The notes below the pieces were generated by a model. That model was not told the origin of the DNA. It searched no databases and was given only the letters and a program-made list of their open reading frames with translations. A stretch of 64,000 nt of DNA from Octopus vulgaris. Lineage: Eukaryota. The stretch is from positions 97,092,001 through 97,156,000 of the forward strand of contig OX597817.1 in the NCBI GenBank assembly GCA_951406725.2, given 5' to 3'. Of the stretch, positions 38,101-50,428 are shown piece after piece. Both the position numbers and the translations under genes were made by a program. Numbering within the stretch: position 1 is the stretch's first letter; each line of letters begins with the position of its first letter.

Positions 38101-38527
38101 ATGACTGGCACCCGGCAGATGCCAGGACCCCTGGACTGGAGATACAATGAAAAGCACTATCCGAATCGTGGCCGATGCCAGCGCCGCTCGACTGGCTTCC
38201 GTGTCGGTGGCACATAAAAAGCACCATCCGAATTGTGGCCGAAGCCAGTGCCGCCTCGACTGGCTTCCGTGCAGGTGGCACGTAAAATGCACCAATCCGA
38301 CCGTGGCCGATGCCAGCCTCGCCTGGCACCAGTGCAGGTGACACGTAAAAAGCACCCACTACACTCACAGAGTGTGTGGCGTTAGGAAGGGCATCCAGCT
38401 GTAGAAACATTGCCAGATAAGACCGGAGCCTGGTGCAGCCTTCTGGCTTCCCAGATCCTCGGTCGAACCGTCCAACCCATGCTAGCATGGAGAACGGACG
38501 TTAAACGATGATGATGATGATGATGAT
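35138..38527 (+). mobile_element. Near full-length, slightly 5'-truncated RTE LINE (APE, RT, PHD-like finger, 3' UTR, (GAT)n tail)
   Basis: About 1.9 kb of open frame to 37053 with GDFN, YRGIKLL, QFGF, KAFDRV, QGSVLSP and LYADD. A few stops and one deletion follow. GAAAG is duplicated at 35133-35137 / 38528-38532. Confidence 0.96.
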
Positions 38528-39109
38528 GAAAGCCAAGAGAAAAAATGTTTTATTTTGACACATTCTACCAATATACAAAGTTTTAATGTGTTTAGTTAAC
38601 TAGAAATTGTGTGCCGTTCAAAAGGAAAAGATCCTAGATAATTACAAAAAACAGACATTTATAACTCCAATCATATTTTATACCATCGAGATGCATTTAT
38701 ACTCACATACATAGCCACGCATACGTAAATAAATATACATACGTTGCACATCGTAAACGTACATCCAATGAAATACATATAAATATACGTATACATTAAT
38801 TCTCATATAGAGAAGCATACATGCATCCATGTGAATGTACATACTAACGCATACCGTCAATTAATATATACATATAGTCCCTCTTACAATCTACATATAC
38901 GGACATGTATATGCATTCAAACATACATACATATACACTTATCCGTCACACCTATGTTCATACACATACATTCCTACATCAATAATATACAGATGCCTAC
39001 AAAATTAACTCTATTAATAAGTATGTCTCCAATTAGACATGGATAGATAATTACAAAGATCAAACATTAGTAGCTCCAATCAAATTTTATACTATAGAAA
39101 TAATTTGTA

Positions 39110-39641
39110 CTCACATCCGCTCGTGTCTGTAGCCAGCCTCGCCTGGCCCCTGTGCCGGTGGCACGTAAAAGCACCATCCATTCGTGTCCGTTGCCAGCCT
39201 CGCCTGGCCCCTGTGCTGGTGGCACGTAAAAGCACAATCCGCTCGTGTCTGTAGCCAGCCTCGCCTGGCCCCTGTGCTGGTGGCACGTAAAAGCACCATC
39301 CACTCGTGTCCGTAGCTAGCCTCGCCTGGCCCCCGTGCCGGTGGCACGTAAAAGCACCATCTGTTCGTGTCCGTTGCCAGCCTCACCTGGCCCCCGTGCC
39401 GGTGGCATGCAAAAGCACCATCCTTTCGTGGCTGTTTGCCAGCTCTGTCTGGCACCTGTGCGGGAGGCACGTAAAAAGCACCTACGACACTCACGGAGTG
39501 GTTGGCGTTAGGAAGAGCATCCAGCCGTAGAAACACTGCCAGATCTGACTGGGCCTGATGAAGCCTTCTGGCTTCACAGACCCCAGTTGAACCGTCCAAC
39601 CCATGCTAGCATGGAAAGCGGACGCTATATGATGATGATGA
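39110..39641 (+). mobile_element. RTE 3' UTR fragment with six ~61-bp tandem units and (GAT)n tail
   Basis: Unit ...GCCAGCCTCGCCTGGCCCCTGTGCCGGTGGCACGTAAAAGCACCATCC..., followed by the conserved RTE 3' end. Confidence 0.9.
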
Positions 39642-39700
39642 TACCTACCTATGCAAACGTAAAAAAATATATATACGTTACAGACTATAAACATACACCC

Positions 39701-39739
<39 letters not shown>

Positions 39740-39969
39740 GTATATATCAATTCCCATATACACAAGCATACAATGGATGCACGTGAAAGTACATAATATA
39801 AATTCACTTATACATAGACTAAACAAAAACTAGTGCATTCATGAAGGCATATATATGCAGACCTGCCTTGCACACAGCTTCATATTAAACAATGAATAAA
39901 TAATCTAGCATTATAATATCCATAAGTTGATGAACAAACTAAATTTGTTTCCCCATTTTCTTATTTGTA

Positions 39970-39986
39970 TTATATATATGTATATA

Positions 39987-40034
<48 letters not shown>

Positions 40035-40100
40035 ATATGATGATATATATATGTATGTATGTATATATGATATATATATATATGTATGTATGTATATATG

Positions 40101-40132
<32 letters not shown>

Positions 40133-41309
40133 ATATGATATATATATATATATATGTATGTATGTATATATGATATATATATATATATATGTATCAGTTG
40201 TGGTGTGCAAGAGAGACGTTTGCGCTGGTATGGTCATGTGGCGAGAATGGATGAAGATAGTTGTGTGAAAAAGTGCCACACCCTAGCGGTTGAGGGAACC
40301 TGTGGAAGAGGCAGACCCAGGAAAACCTGGGACGAGGTGGTGAAGCACGACCTTCGAACTTTAGGTCTCACCGGCGGAAATGACTAGAGACCGAGACCTC
40401 TGGAAGTGTGCTGTGCGCGAGAAGACCCGGCAGGACAAGTGAGTCCACAACCCGTGGCCTTCTACATGGGATGGAGCCAGCCTACGTATGCATACCTTCC
40501 CTTCTTGGGACACAAAACTCTACTTGTGAAGACGTGTTGAGGCAAGTGAGGATCAGAATCGAAATCGATCAATGGAAATTGCGGATGTGCTACCAGTGCC
40601 GGTGGCATGTCGAAACTCTGCTTGTGAAGACCCATTGAGGCAAGTGAGGATCAGAATCGAAATCGATCAATGGAAATCGATCAATGGAAATTGCAGATGT
40701 GTTACCAGTGCCGGTGGCATGTAAGAGAACCTTCCGTTTCGCGACCATTGCCAGCACCACCCCGTTTCGTGGTCGTTGCCAGCCTCGCCTGGCCCTCGTG
40801 CCGGTGGCACATAAAAAACACCATCCGTTCGTGGCCGTTTGCCAGCTCTGGCTGGCACCAGTGCGGGTGGCACGTAAAAAGCACCCACTACACTCACGGA
40901 GTGGTTGGCGTTAGGAAGGGCATCCAGCCGTAGAAACACTGCCAGATTTGACTGGGCCTGATGAAGCCTTCTGGCTTCACAGACCCCAGCAGAACCGTCC
41001 AACCCATGCTAGCATGGAAAACGGACGCTAAATGATGATGATGATGATGATGTATGTATGTATATATGATATATATATATATATATGTATGTATGTATAT
41101 ATGATATATATATATATATATGTATGTATGTATATATGATATATATATATATATATGTATGTATGTATATATGATATATATATATATATGTATGTATGTA
41201 TATATGATATATATATATATATATGTATGTATGTATATATGATATATATATATATATGTATGTATGTATATATGATATATATATATATATATGTATGTAT
41301 GTATATATG

Positions 41310-41343
<34 letters not shown>

Positions 41344-41820
41344 ATATGATATATATATATATATATGTATGTATGTATATATGATATATATATATATATA
41401 TGTATGTATGTATATATGATATATATATATATATATATATGTATGTATATATGATATATATATATATATATGTATGTATGTATGTATATATGATATATAT
41501 ATATATATATGTATGTATGTATGTATGTATATATGATATATATATATATATGTATGTATGTATATATGATATATATATATATATATGTATATATGTATAT
41601 ATGATATATATATATATATGTATGTATGTATATATGATATATATATATATATATGTATATATGTATATATGATATATATATATATATATGTATGTATGTA
41701 TATATGATATATATATATGTATATATGTATATATGATATATATATATATGTATATATGTATATATGATATATATATATATATGTATATATGTATACATGA
41801 TATATATATATGTATATATA
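39970..41820. repeat. Compound micro/minisatellite [(TATG)n TATATATGA (TA)n], interrupted by an RTE fragment
   Basis: A ~35-bp higher-order unit is present on both sides of 40193-41050. Confidence 0.9.
40193..41050 (+). mobile_element. 5'-truncated RTE 3' end
   Basis: [16 protein letters not shown]...RGRPRKTW, a variant 3' UTR and a (GAT)n tail. Confidence 0.92.
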
Positions 41821-42279
41821 TCGGTTCCGTTTTTAACAGAGAGAGACGTATTGCCTCTTCTCTGTGAAAAAGTTTGCATAGATCGGCGAAATAACCCACT
41901 GTAGTTGCAAAACGTAAAACTCTAAGTCATAGAGATCACTACAACACTTTGGTTAAAAATATTTTAAAAAATATATATATAAATATATACATATACACAG
42001 TAATTTTCATTTTCGCCGAAACGCACATGGTGCAAAAATAACTGAATCAAGTTATCTCCTGCAAGAAAGAAAAAAGAAGCATCTCTCCTGAAAAAAAATC
42101 CCGTAAACCAAAAAAAATAATCCAGACCACATTGTTGGATTAAGTATCAATTTCATCTATTTCATATTTTATTTATTATTCTATTTTATCTTTCACTTAG
42201 GCCCACATCTTAGTTAAAGTTGCGATCGTCATTTGGTTTGTTTACATTTTCAATAACTGTTCTCGATATAATAATTTTC

Positions 42280-43310
42280 CAGATACTCTATCTTCTAATT
42301 AGCCTTAAGACTAAATTAAATAACGTTTAATATTGATACCGTCAAATTAGCCTTAGGATTAAATTAAATAACGTTTAATATTGTTTAATATTGTTAATAA
42401 TTATTGTTTAGGATTAAATTAAATAACGTTTAATATTGTTTTAATATTGTTAATAATTTTCAGATACTCTATCTTCTAATTAGCCTTAAGATTAAATTAA
42501 ATAACGTTTAATATTGTTTAATATTGTTAATAATTATTGTTAATTAGCCTTAAGATTAAATTAAATAACGTTTAATATTGTTTAATATTGTTAATAATTA
42601 TTGTTAATTAGCCTTAGGATTAAATTAAATAACGTTTAATATTGTTTAATATTGTTAATAATTATTGTTAATTAGCCTTAAGATTAAATTAAATAACGTT
42701 TAATATTACCCCACACTCTAATATAATATTAACATTGCTAATATATTTTCAGATACTCTATCTCCTGATTAGCCTTAAGATTAAATAACGTTTTTATCCA
42801 CACTCTAATATAATATTAATATTGCTAATATATTTTCAGATACTCTATCTTCCTAATTAGCCTTAAGATTAAATTAAATAACGTTTAATATTAATAACGT
42901 CTAATTAGCCTTAAGATTAAATTAAATAACGGTTAATATTGCTTAATATTGTATATATAATTTTTCAGATACTCTGTCTTCTAATTAGCCTTAAGATTAA
43001 ATTAAATAACGTTTAATATTACCCACACTCTAATATAATATTAATATTGCTAATATATTTTCAGATACTCTATCTCCTAATTAGCCTTAAGATTAAATAA
43101 CGTTTTTTTTTTTTTTTTTTTTTGACCCACACTCTAATATAATATTAATATTGCTAATATATTTTCAGATACTCTATCTCCTAATTAGCCTTAAGATTAA
43201 ATAACGTTTTTTTTTTTTTTTTTTTTGACCCAAATAACGTTTTTACACAAACTTTAATATTGTTAATATTTCTTTTTCAAGTACTCTATCTTCTAATTAG
43301 CCTTAATATC
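42280..43310 (+). repeat. AT-rich tandem monomer array (about 14 core copies) directly upstream of ORF1
   Basis: Core TAATTAGCCTTAAGATTAAA(TTAAA)TAACGTTT, often preceded by CAGATACTCTATCT. A 64-bp period at about 42477-42700 and longer variant units downstream. Confidence 0.92.
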
Positions 43311-43367
43311 TTCCTGTCTTCTCTCGAACATAATTAGATAGATAAACGGATAGACGGATTATCCAGC

Positions 43368-44096
43368 ATGTCCAGAGCATGGAGACGTGACGAGCTGGAT
43401 TTATTCGTACGAGCATGGGAGTGCGCCGGCGGAGATAGCCCTAGCGAGGTGATTGCGGCTGCGCTGAAGAGCAGAGGCTACAAGAGGACAGCGGCTCAGA
43501 TGGAGCGAAAGAGACAGGAATTCGTGCGCTCATATGCGCTTGTACGGTCGCACATTGGCGCACTTGATGCCATCTTTGAGAACGAGCGGGGCAAAGATGG
43601 CAAGAATGGAGACGATGAAAGAAGTCACCCTCACCTGGTGGACGCCCGGGAGGAGGTTTTGAATGAGAAACCTGCCCGGGAAGGTGAAGAGGTAGAGGGA
43701 GGAAGAAGAACTAAAAGAAGGACTGGAAGAGCTAAAGGAAAAGAAAAAGCTCAAGCAGGACCAAAGAGTGAAACAACCAGGAGTAGAAGTGGAACCGCAA
43801 AGGATGGAACCAAACAGCGCACACGGGTGTGTATGTTCTACCTGAGAGGTTCCTGCTGGCACGGAAAGGAAGGTGCAGGCTGCCGCTTTGCACATCGGGG
43901 ACCCTGCCACAGAGACACGAGGCAGATGGACAAACCATCAACACAAAGAAAAGGGATGGACTACGCACCACCTGCCCCAAAGCGGAGGTACGCAGATGTT
44001 GTGCGCGCCACAAACAGCCAACATGATGTTGTCGAAAGAGCAGCTGCTGAGCAACAATCTTTTTGTGCATGGCACAAAAGATTGTACAGCAGCTGA
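43368..44096 (+). CDS. LINE ORF1 (242 aa): N-terminal Myb/SANT-like (trihelix) module + CCCH zinc finger
   Basis: Intact ATG ORF. W-x3-E..LF..W...IAAALKSRGYKRTAAQMERK..Y, and C-x7-C-x8-C-x3-H at 43830-43895. Confidence 0.75.
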   Translation: MSRAWRRDELDLFVRAWECAGGDSPSEVIAAALKSRGYKRTAAQMERKRQEFVRSYALVRSHIGALDAIFENERGKDGKNGDDERSHPHLVDAREEVLNEKPAREGEEVEGGRRTKRRTGRAKGKEKAQAGPKSETTRSRSGTAKDGTKQRTRVCMFYLRGSCWHGKEGAGCRFAHRGPCHRDTRQMDKPSTQRKGMDYAPPAPKRRYADVVRATNSQHDVVERAAAEQQSFCAWHKRLYSS

Positions 44097-47000
44097 CCTG
44101 GCTTCATCAAACCCAAGCCCGCAGGTGGGATTCACCAACTACATACCAGACCACCACAGCAAACAGACACAGGATGGACACCGCCGGCAAATAACGTTCA
44201 CCTCGATACTCCTACTGTCAGAGGACTGCAAACACTCAGTAACTATGACAAAGATCCTGTTCTTGAGAGGACTTTGTTGCATGCAATCAAGCCTTATGTA
44301 TAGCATTTACAGAAACGCACCTGAAACCGGACATAGCAGATGCGGAGTTACACATACCACAGTATGCTGTACTACGGGACCGATAGGAAAGAAAGGAGTC
44401 ATGGAGGTGCAAGCTAGGTACATCCGTGAGGACCTCACACCCCGTGGTCCTCTTGGCATGCGACTCAAACTCGGTGTGTGACACACTAATTGTACATAGC
44501 AGGACAGTAACTCGATGGAGTTAAAGTGTGCTACATATTCTGCCCTCCAGATGCCCCAAGCCATGTGGGCAAGTTTGAAGACTGCCTTATAAAAATAGAA
44601 GAAATTCTAACCACATTAGAACAACACATAGGTGTGCTTCTTATGGGAGACTTCAATCTGCCCAATGTCAGATGGCCTCGAGGGCCTTTCTCTCCCAGGA
44701 ATGACAAGATGTGAACGAGGACAGGCGAGGTCCCTCCTGAATCCTCATCAACACCCTGTACATGGAGCAGGTAATACTCCAACCAACCAGGGCAGGTAAC
44801 ACACTGGATCTCTGCTTCACAAATGACATGGATCTCATCCATAATGTGAAAGTGACACCGAATACTACTCTCGGATCACAACATGATAGAGCTGACCATG
44901 TACGGGCCAAAAGAGAGCACGGACATGCAGCCTACAAGAAACCCTCAAAATCTTTCCAGCTTGAACTACCATAAGGCAAAACTGGAAACAAATTGAGAAA
45001 GAGATCCTCAAACAAAACTGGCCTAAATGTCTCTCCTCGCCAGACATCGACGTGAAACTTCAACAATTCATGTCTGTAATGCAAGCCATATGCTACAAAT
45101 GTGTCCCAGAGAGAAAGGCCACTGTACACAAGAACAAAATCCCCAGAGAGAGGAAAATTTTAATGAGACGGCGTACGAAATTTTCAAATCGCCTAAACAA
45201 ACAGATTGAAAGCAGTGAAAAGTCCCGCCTAAAAATAAAACTGTTGGAAATCGAAAAATGTCTGCAACTCTCCCATGAAAAAGAAAGAGCAGACAAAGAA
45301 GCCTGGGCTATAGAAAACATAAAATCTAACCCCAGAGCTTTCTACAGGTATGCCAAAGAAACAGCTACAGTGCACTGTAGAATAGGGCCACTCCTCGAAA
45401 AGGATGGCACACTTACAGGAAAACCAATGAGGGTAAGTGAAATACTGAATGAGCAATTCAAGAGTGTTTTCACTCCTCCACCCCTTGGGCATCTCCAAAT
45501 CACCAATCCAATCTGACTTTTTTTTACCACTGCAGATATAAAATCAGAGGCGGCGACGATAGATTACATCGATATAAAGGAAGACGATGTAACCAAGGCT
45601 ATAGATGAAATGAAAACAGACTCAGCTACTGGCCCCGATGGATTCCCGGCAATCCTCCTAAAAGCATGTAAGAGAGTCCTAGCAAGACCACTGCAGTTCC
45701 TCTTTCAGAGCTTCCTTGCAGCTGGCAAACTTCCAGGAAAACTGAAGGAAGGTAAAATATGCCCCATTCATAAAGGAGGTAGCAGAGCGGAAGCCAAGAA
45801 CTATAGACCTATCTCTCTGACCTCACACATCAGCAAGGTCATGGAACGAATAGTCAGAAGGAAGCTGATCACCTTCCTTGAAGAGAATGACTTGCTGCCC
45901 GACACCCAACATGGTTTCCGACCAGGGAGAAGCTGTTTAACTCAGCTCCTACAACACTATGACTGGGTGCTGAAACGGCTGCTCAACCACTCAAATGTGG
46001 AAGTGATATATCTCGACTTTGCAAAGGCCTTTGATAAAGTCGATCATGGAATGATATGTCACAAACTGCGTGATCTCAACATAGTTGGAAAACTGGGAGA
46101 ATGGCTTCATGACTTTCTGAAGGATAGAAGTCAGGGTGGTAGTAGCCAATGGGGCCACCTCCATTAACACACAAATAGTGAGCGGTGTTCCGCAGGGCAC
46201 TGTTCTGGGACCACTACTGTTCATAATGGCCCTCTCAGACATGCCCTCAGCCACGCAGAGAGCCACGATCACAAGTTATGCAGATGATACAAAAGTTTCA
46301 CAGGCAATACAGAACCCTGAGGACACTAAACACCTGCAATGTGAGCTGGACGAAATATACAAGTGGGCTGAAAAGAATAGCATGCAGTTCAATGCTGGAA
46401 AGTTTCAAGCTTTATACTATCAGCATGTAAAACTGAATGCAATACCCAATGAATACACTGGACCCGGAGGGATTGCAATCCCAGAGGTACAATCAGTGCG
46501 TGACCTGGGTATTCACATGAGTGATGACGCGACCTTTCATGTACATGTTGCTAAACTGACAATGAAATGTAGACGGCTGGCTGGCTGGATTCTTAGAACC
46601 TTTAGAACAAGAGAACAAGAAACCAGATGGTCCTCTGGAAGACACTTGTCCTAAGCCACTTTGACTATTGCTCTCAGCTATGGTCACCATCCAGTGTCAA
46701 GTTGATCACAGAACTTGAGGCGATCCAACGAAGCTACACAAAGAAGATAGCCTCTATGCAGAATGTAAGCTACTGGGAAAGACTCAAGAGATTAAAATTA
46801 TATTCCCTGGAGCGTAGGCGGGAAAGATATGCCATAATATACATCTGGAAGATCCTGGAGGGAAGTGTCCAGAACTTTGGCATCGAGAGTTACGCAAATG
46901 CCAGAACTGGGGCACTGCGTGGTGCCTAGGACTCCAAACCTGCCATCAAGATGTAGGACAAGATTCTGTGATAGCCTGGGCTTCCGAGGCCCACAGCTCT

Positions 47001-47286
47001 TCTGGAATATCCTCTCCCTGAAGAACCTCGAGAGACCTGCATGGGGTGGATACAGATGTCTTTAAAATGAAGCTTTCGGATCTCTTCCTGTCAGGTGTCC
47101 CAGATGAACCAACTTCACGGCAGAGGGGCAGATGAGGGCAGCTGCATCGAACTCTCTCATGCACCAAATAGCAGTTGCTAGAAAGCCTCCTCCATGAAGT
47201 GAAACCAAGTAGCAACACCAAATGGCGGTGCCCTAGCATGGCCACAGCTCATAAGCTGAAACTAGAATCAATCAATCAATCAATCA

Positions 47287-47711
47287 TATATATATATTAT
47301 ATATATATACATATATATATGTATATTATATATATATATACACACACACAAAACACACACATATATATATACACACATACACACACATATATATATATAT
47401 ATATATACATACATATATATATATATACATATATATATACATATATATACATATACATATATATATATATATACATATATATACATATACATATATACAT
47501 ATACATATATATATACATATACATATATATACATATATATATACATATATATATATACATATATATATACATATATATATATACATATATATATATACAT
47601 ACATATATATATATACATATACATATATACATATACATATATATATATACATATACATATATATATACATATATAATATACATATATATATATACATATA
47701 CATATATATAC

Positions 47712-47746
<35 letters not shown>

Positions 47747-47799
47747 CATATATACATATATACATATACACACACATATATATATACATATATATATAC

Positions 47800-47830
<31 letters not shown>

Positions 47831-47942
47831 CATATATATATACATATATAATATATATATATATACATATATAATATACATATATATACATATATAATAT
47901 ACACACACACACACATATATATATACATATATATAATAAATA

Positions 47943-47988
<46 letters not shown>

Positions 47989-48024
47989 CTATATATATAT
48001 ACATATATATACATACATATATAC

Positions 48025-48082
<58 letters not shown>
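47287..48082. repeat. (TA/TACA/CA)n microsatellite
   Basis: Seen directly. Confidence 0.97.
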
Positions 48083-48084
<2 letters not shown>

Positions 48085-48185
48085 CATCATTTAATGTTTG
48101 GTTTCTATGCTGGCATGGGTTGGAGGGTTTATATATATATGTATGTATATATATATATATGTATATATATATGTATGTATATATA

Positions 48186-49615
48186 CCACCCGCCTCACTA
48201 GCACCCACCATCGACCCTATCCCATCATCCACTCCTTCACCTGCACCTCCAGCAATATTATCTATTGCATCTCTTGCTCTCTCTGCAATTCCTTGTATAT
48301 CGGACAAACGGGACGCCGCTTGGCTGACCGGTTCGCGAAAACACCTCGTGACATCCACCTTGCGAACGACACCGGTCTCACGCCATTTCCGCTCCACCGG
48401 TCACTCCTTGCAACACCTATCTGTGTTCGGTTTGTCCTTACACAGAGGCCATCCGGATTCCCGTTTGCGCCGTGAACAGGAATTAATCTTCTCTTCGCTC
48501 TTATACGCCATTTGGTCTCAACTCTCCCCCCTCCCCTCATCTAACCCCCCTCCCCCTCCTCACCTATCCTTTCTCCCCCCGACCCCTACTTCTACAGTCC
48601 TTCATCCTTTCACCCCTACTCCCCTTCCCTTCTTCCCTCTTTCTCCCTCCCTCTTCCCCTTCCCTCTGCTCCCTCACTCCCTCTCTCCCTCTTTCCTCCT
48701 TCATCCCCCTTCTCACCCATCCTCTCCTCTTCCCCCTTCTCCTCCCCCTCTTCTTCCCCTCGCCTTCTCTCCCCCCCTCTTCTCCCCCTCCCCTCTTTCT
48801 CCTCACTACACCACATGACTTTACACATCACATCACATATGATGTGCCATATAACACACACCAAACAACTAATACATAACATAAGTACCATACTAATAAC
48901 ACCAATAACATACATACGTAATAACTAAACATACCAGTACATACTAATACTTACACCAATACATACATACACACGTCCAGACCCCGCAAACGCACTTATA
49001 CTCTCTCACACACACACACACACACATATACATACCAATACGTACTAATACATACTAATACATACTAATACATACACCAACCCCATACATACGCACGTCC
49101 AGACCATTATCTTACGCACTAATACTCGCGTCTCATGTTTGATACCTCTGGCCGAAATCAGATACGCCATGTTCATACTCGTTAGCTACACACCAACCCG
49201 TATACATTTTGTGATTTAAATTTCAAACCAATACCAATCGACAGACACTTCCAGACCCTAGTGGTCAGCATTTCTTAACTCATAGCTGCTTTCTTGAAAG
49301 GATGGACTTGAAAGAGCGTGCTAACTTAAAAAACTTTTATCAACCCTATTATCTTGTTCGTTTATTTTCGCCTCTCGCGTCTCATGTTTGATCTTTCTGA
49401 CCTCTGGCCGAATATCAGATCGCCATGTTGATTCGTTAGCTACTGTACGCATTTTTATTTCTCTCCTTCTTTCTGTGTTTTTCTCTCTCTCTGTATATTT
49501 CTCTCCACATGTGTGAAGAGCGTAGGCTCGAAACGTTAAAGACTATGTTTTATTTATATTATATGGATGTATATATACAATTGTCTTCGTTTGTTTTCCA
49601 CCTGCCTGTCTGCCT
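48186..49615 (+). mobile_element. Penelope-like element 3' part: GIY-YIG endonuclease, polypyrimidine tract, 3' region
   Basis: [35 protein letters not shown] and [13 protein letters not shown]-rich tract at 48525-48805. A ~65-bp duplication at about 49125 and 49374. Confidence 0.85.
49511..49544 (+). ncRNA. Degenerate minimal hammerhead-like motif
   Basis: gTGAAGA-GCGTAGGCTC-GAAACGTTA. C3 is absent and stem I is not formed. Confidence 0.45.
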
Positions 49616-49647
49616 TTATGTTATATATTTGTACATGTGCTTCCCGT

Positions 49648-50428
<781 letters not shown>

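Larger units (their letters stand above)
34237..38634. mobile_element. Foldback (whole-element palindromic) DNA element, right arm split by SINE and RTE insertions
   Basis: Termini GGATCTTTTCCTTTTGAACGGCAC / GTGCCGTTCAAAAGGAAAAGATCC. Symmetry centre GTTACGCACATGCGTAAC at about 34537. AACCCTAACCCTAA / TTAGGGTTAGGG lie in the arms. Confidence 0.88.
41821..47286 (+). mobile_element. Near full-length CR1-group (CR1/L2/Jockey-like) LINE: long 5' region, ORF1, frameshifted ORF2, (AATC)n tail
   Basis: APE motifs LMGDFNLP, PTRAGNTLDL and SDH. RT motifs [55 protein letters not shown] and YSLERRR. Flanked by TA-rich tracts. The 5' boundary is inferred. Confidence 0.9.

Noticed and set aside
39110-39490. 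CRISPR-like look of the ~61-bp repeats with a hairpin core
   Set aside because: The intervening sequences are near-identical rather than unique spacers. The array is part of the RTE 3' UTR, there are no cas genes, and the context is eukaryotic.
42280-43310. Array as CRISPR or as a retron/DGR-like partner of the downstream RT
   Set aside because: There are no unique spacers, and the RT is an ordinary APE-type non-LTR enzyme.
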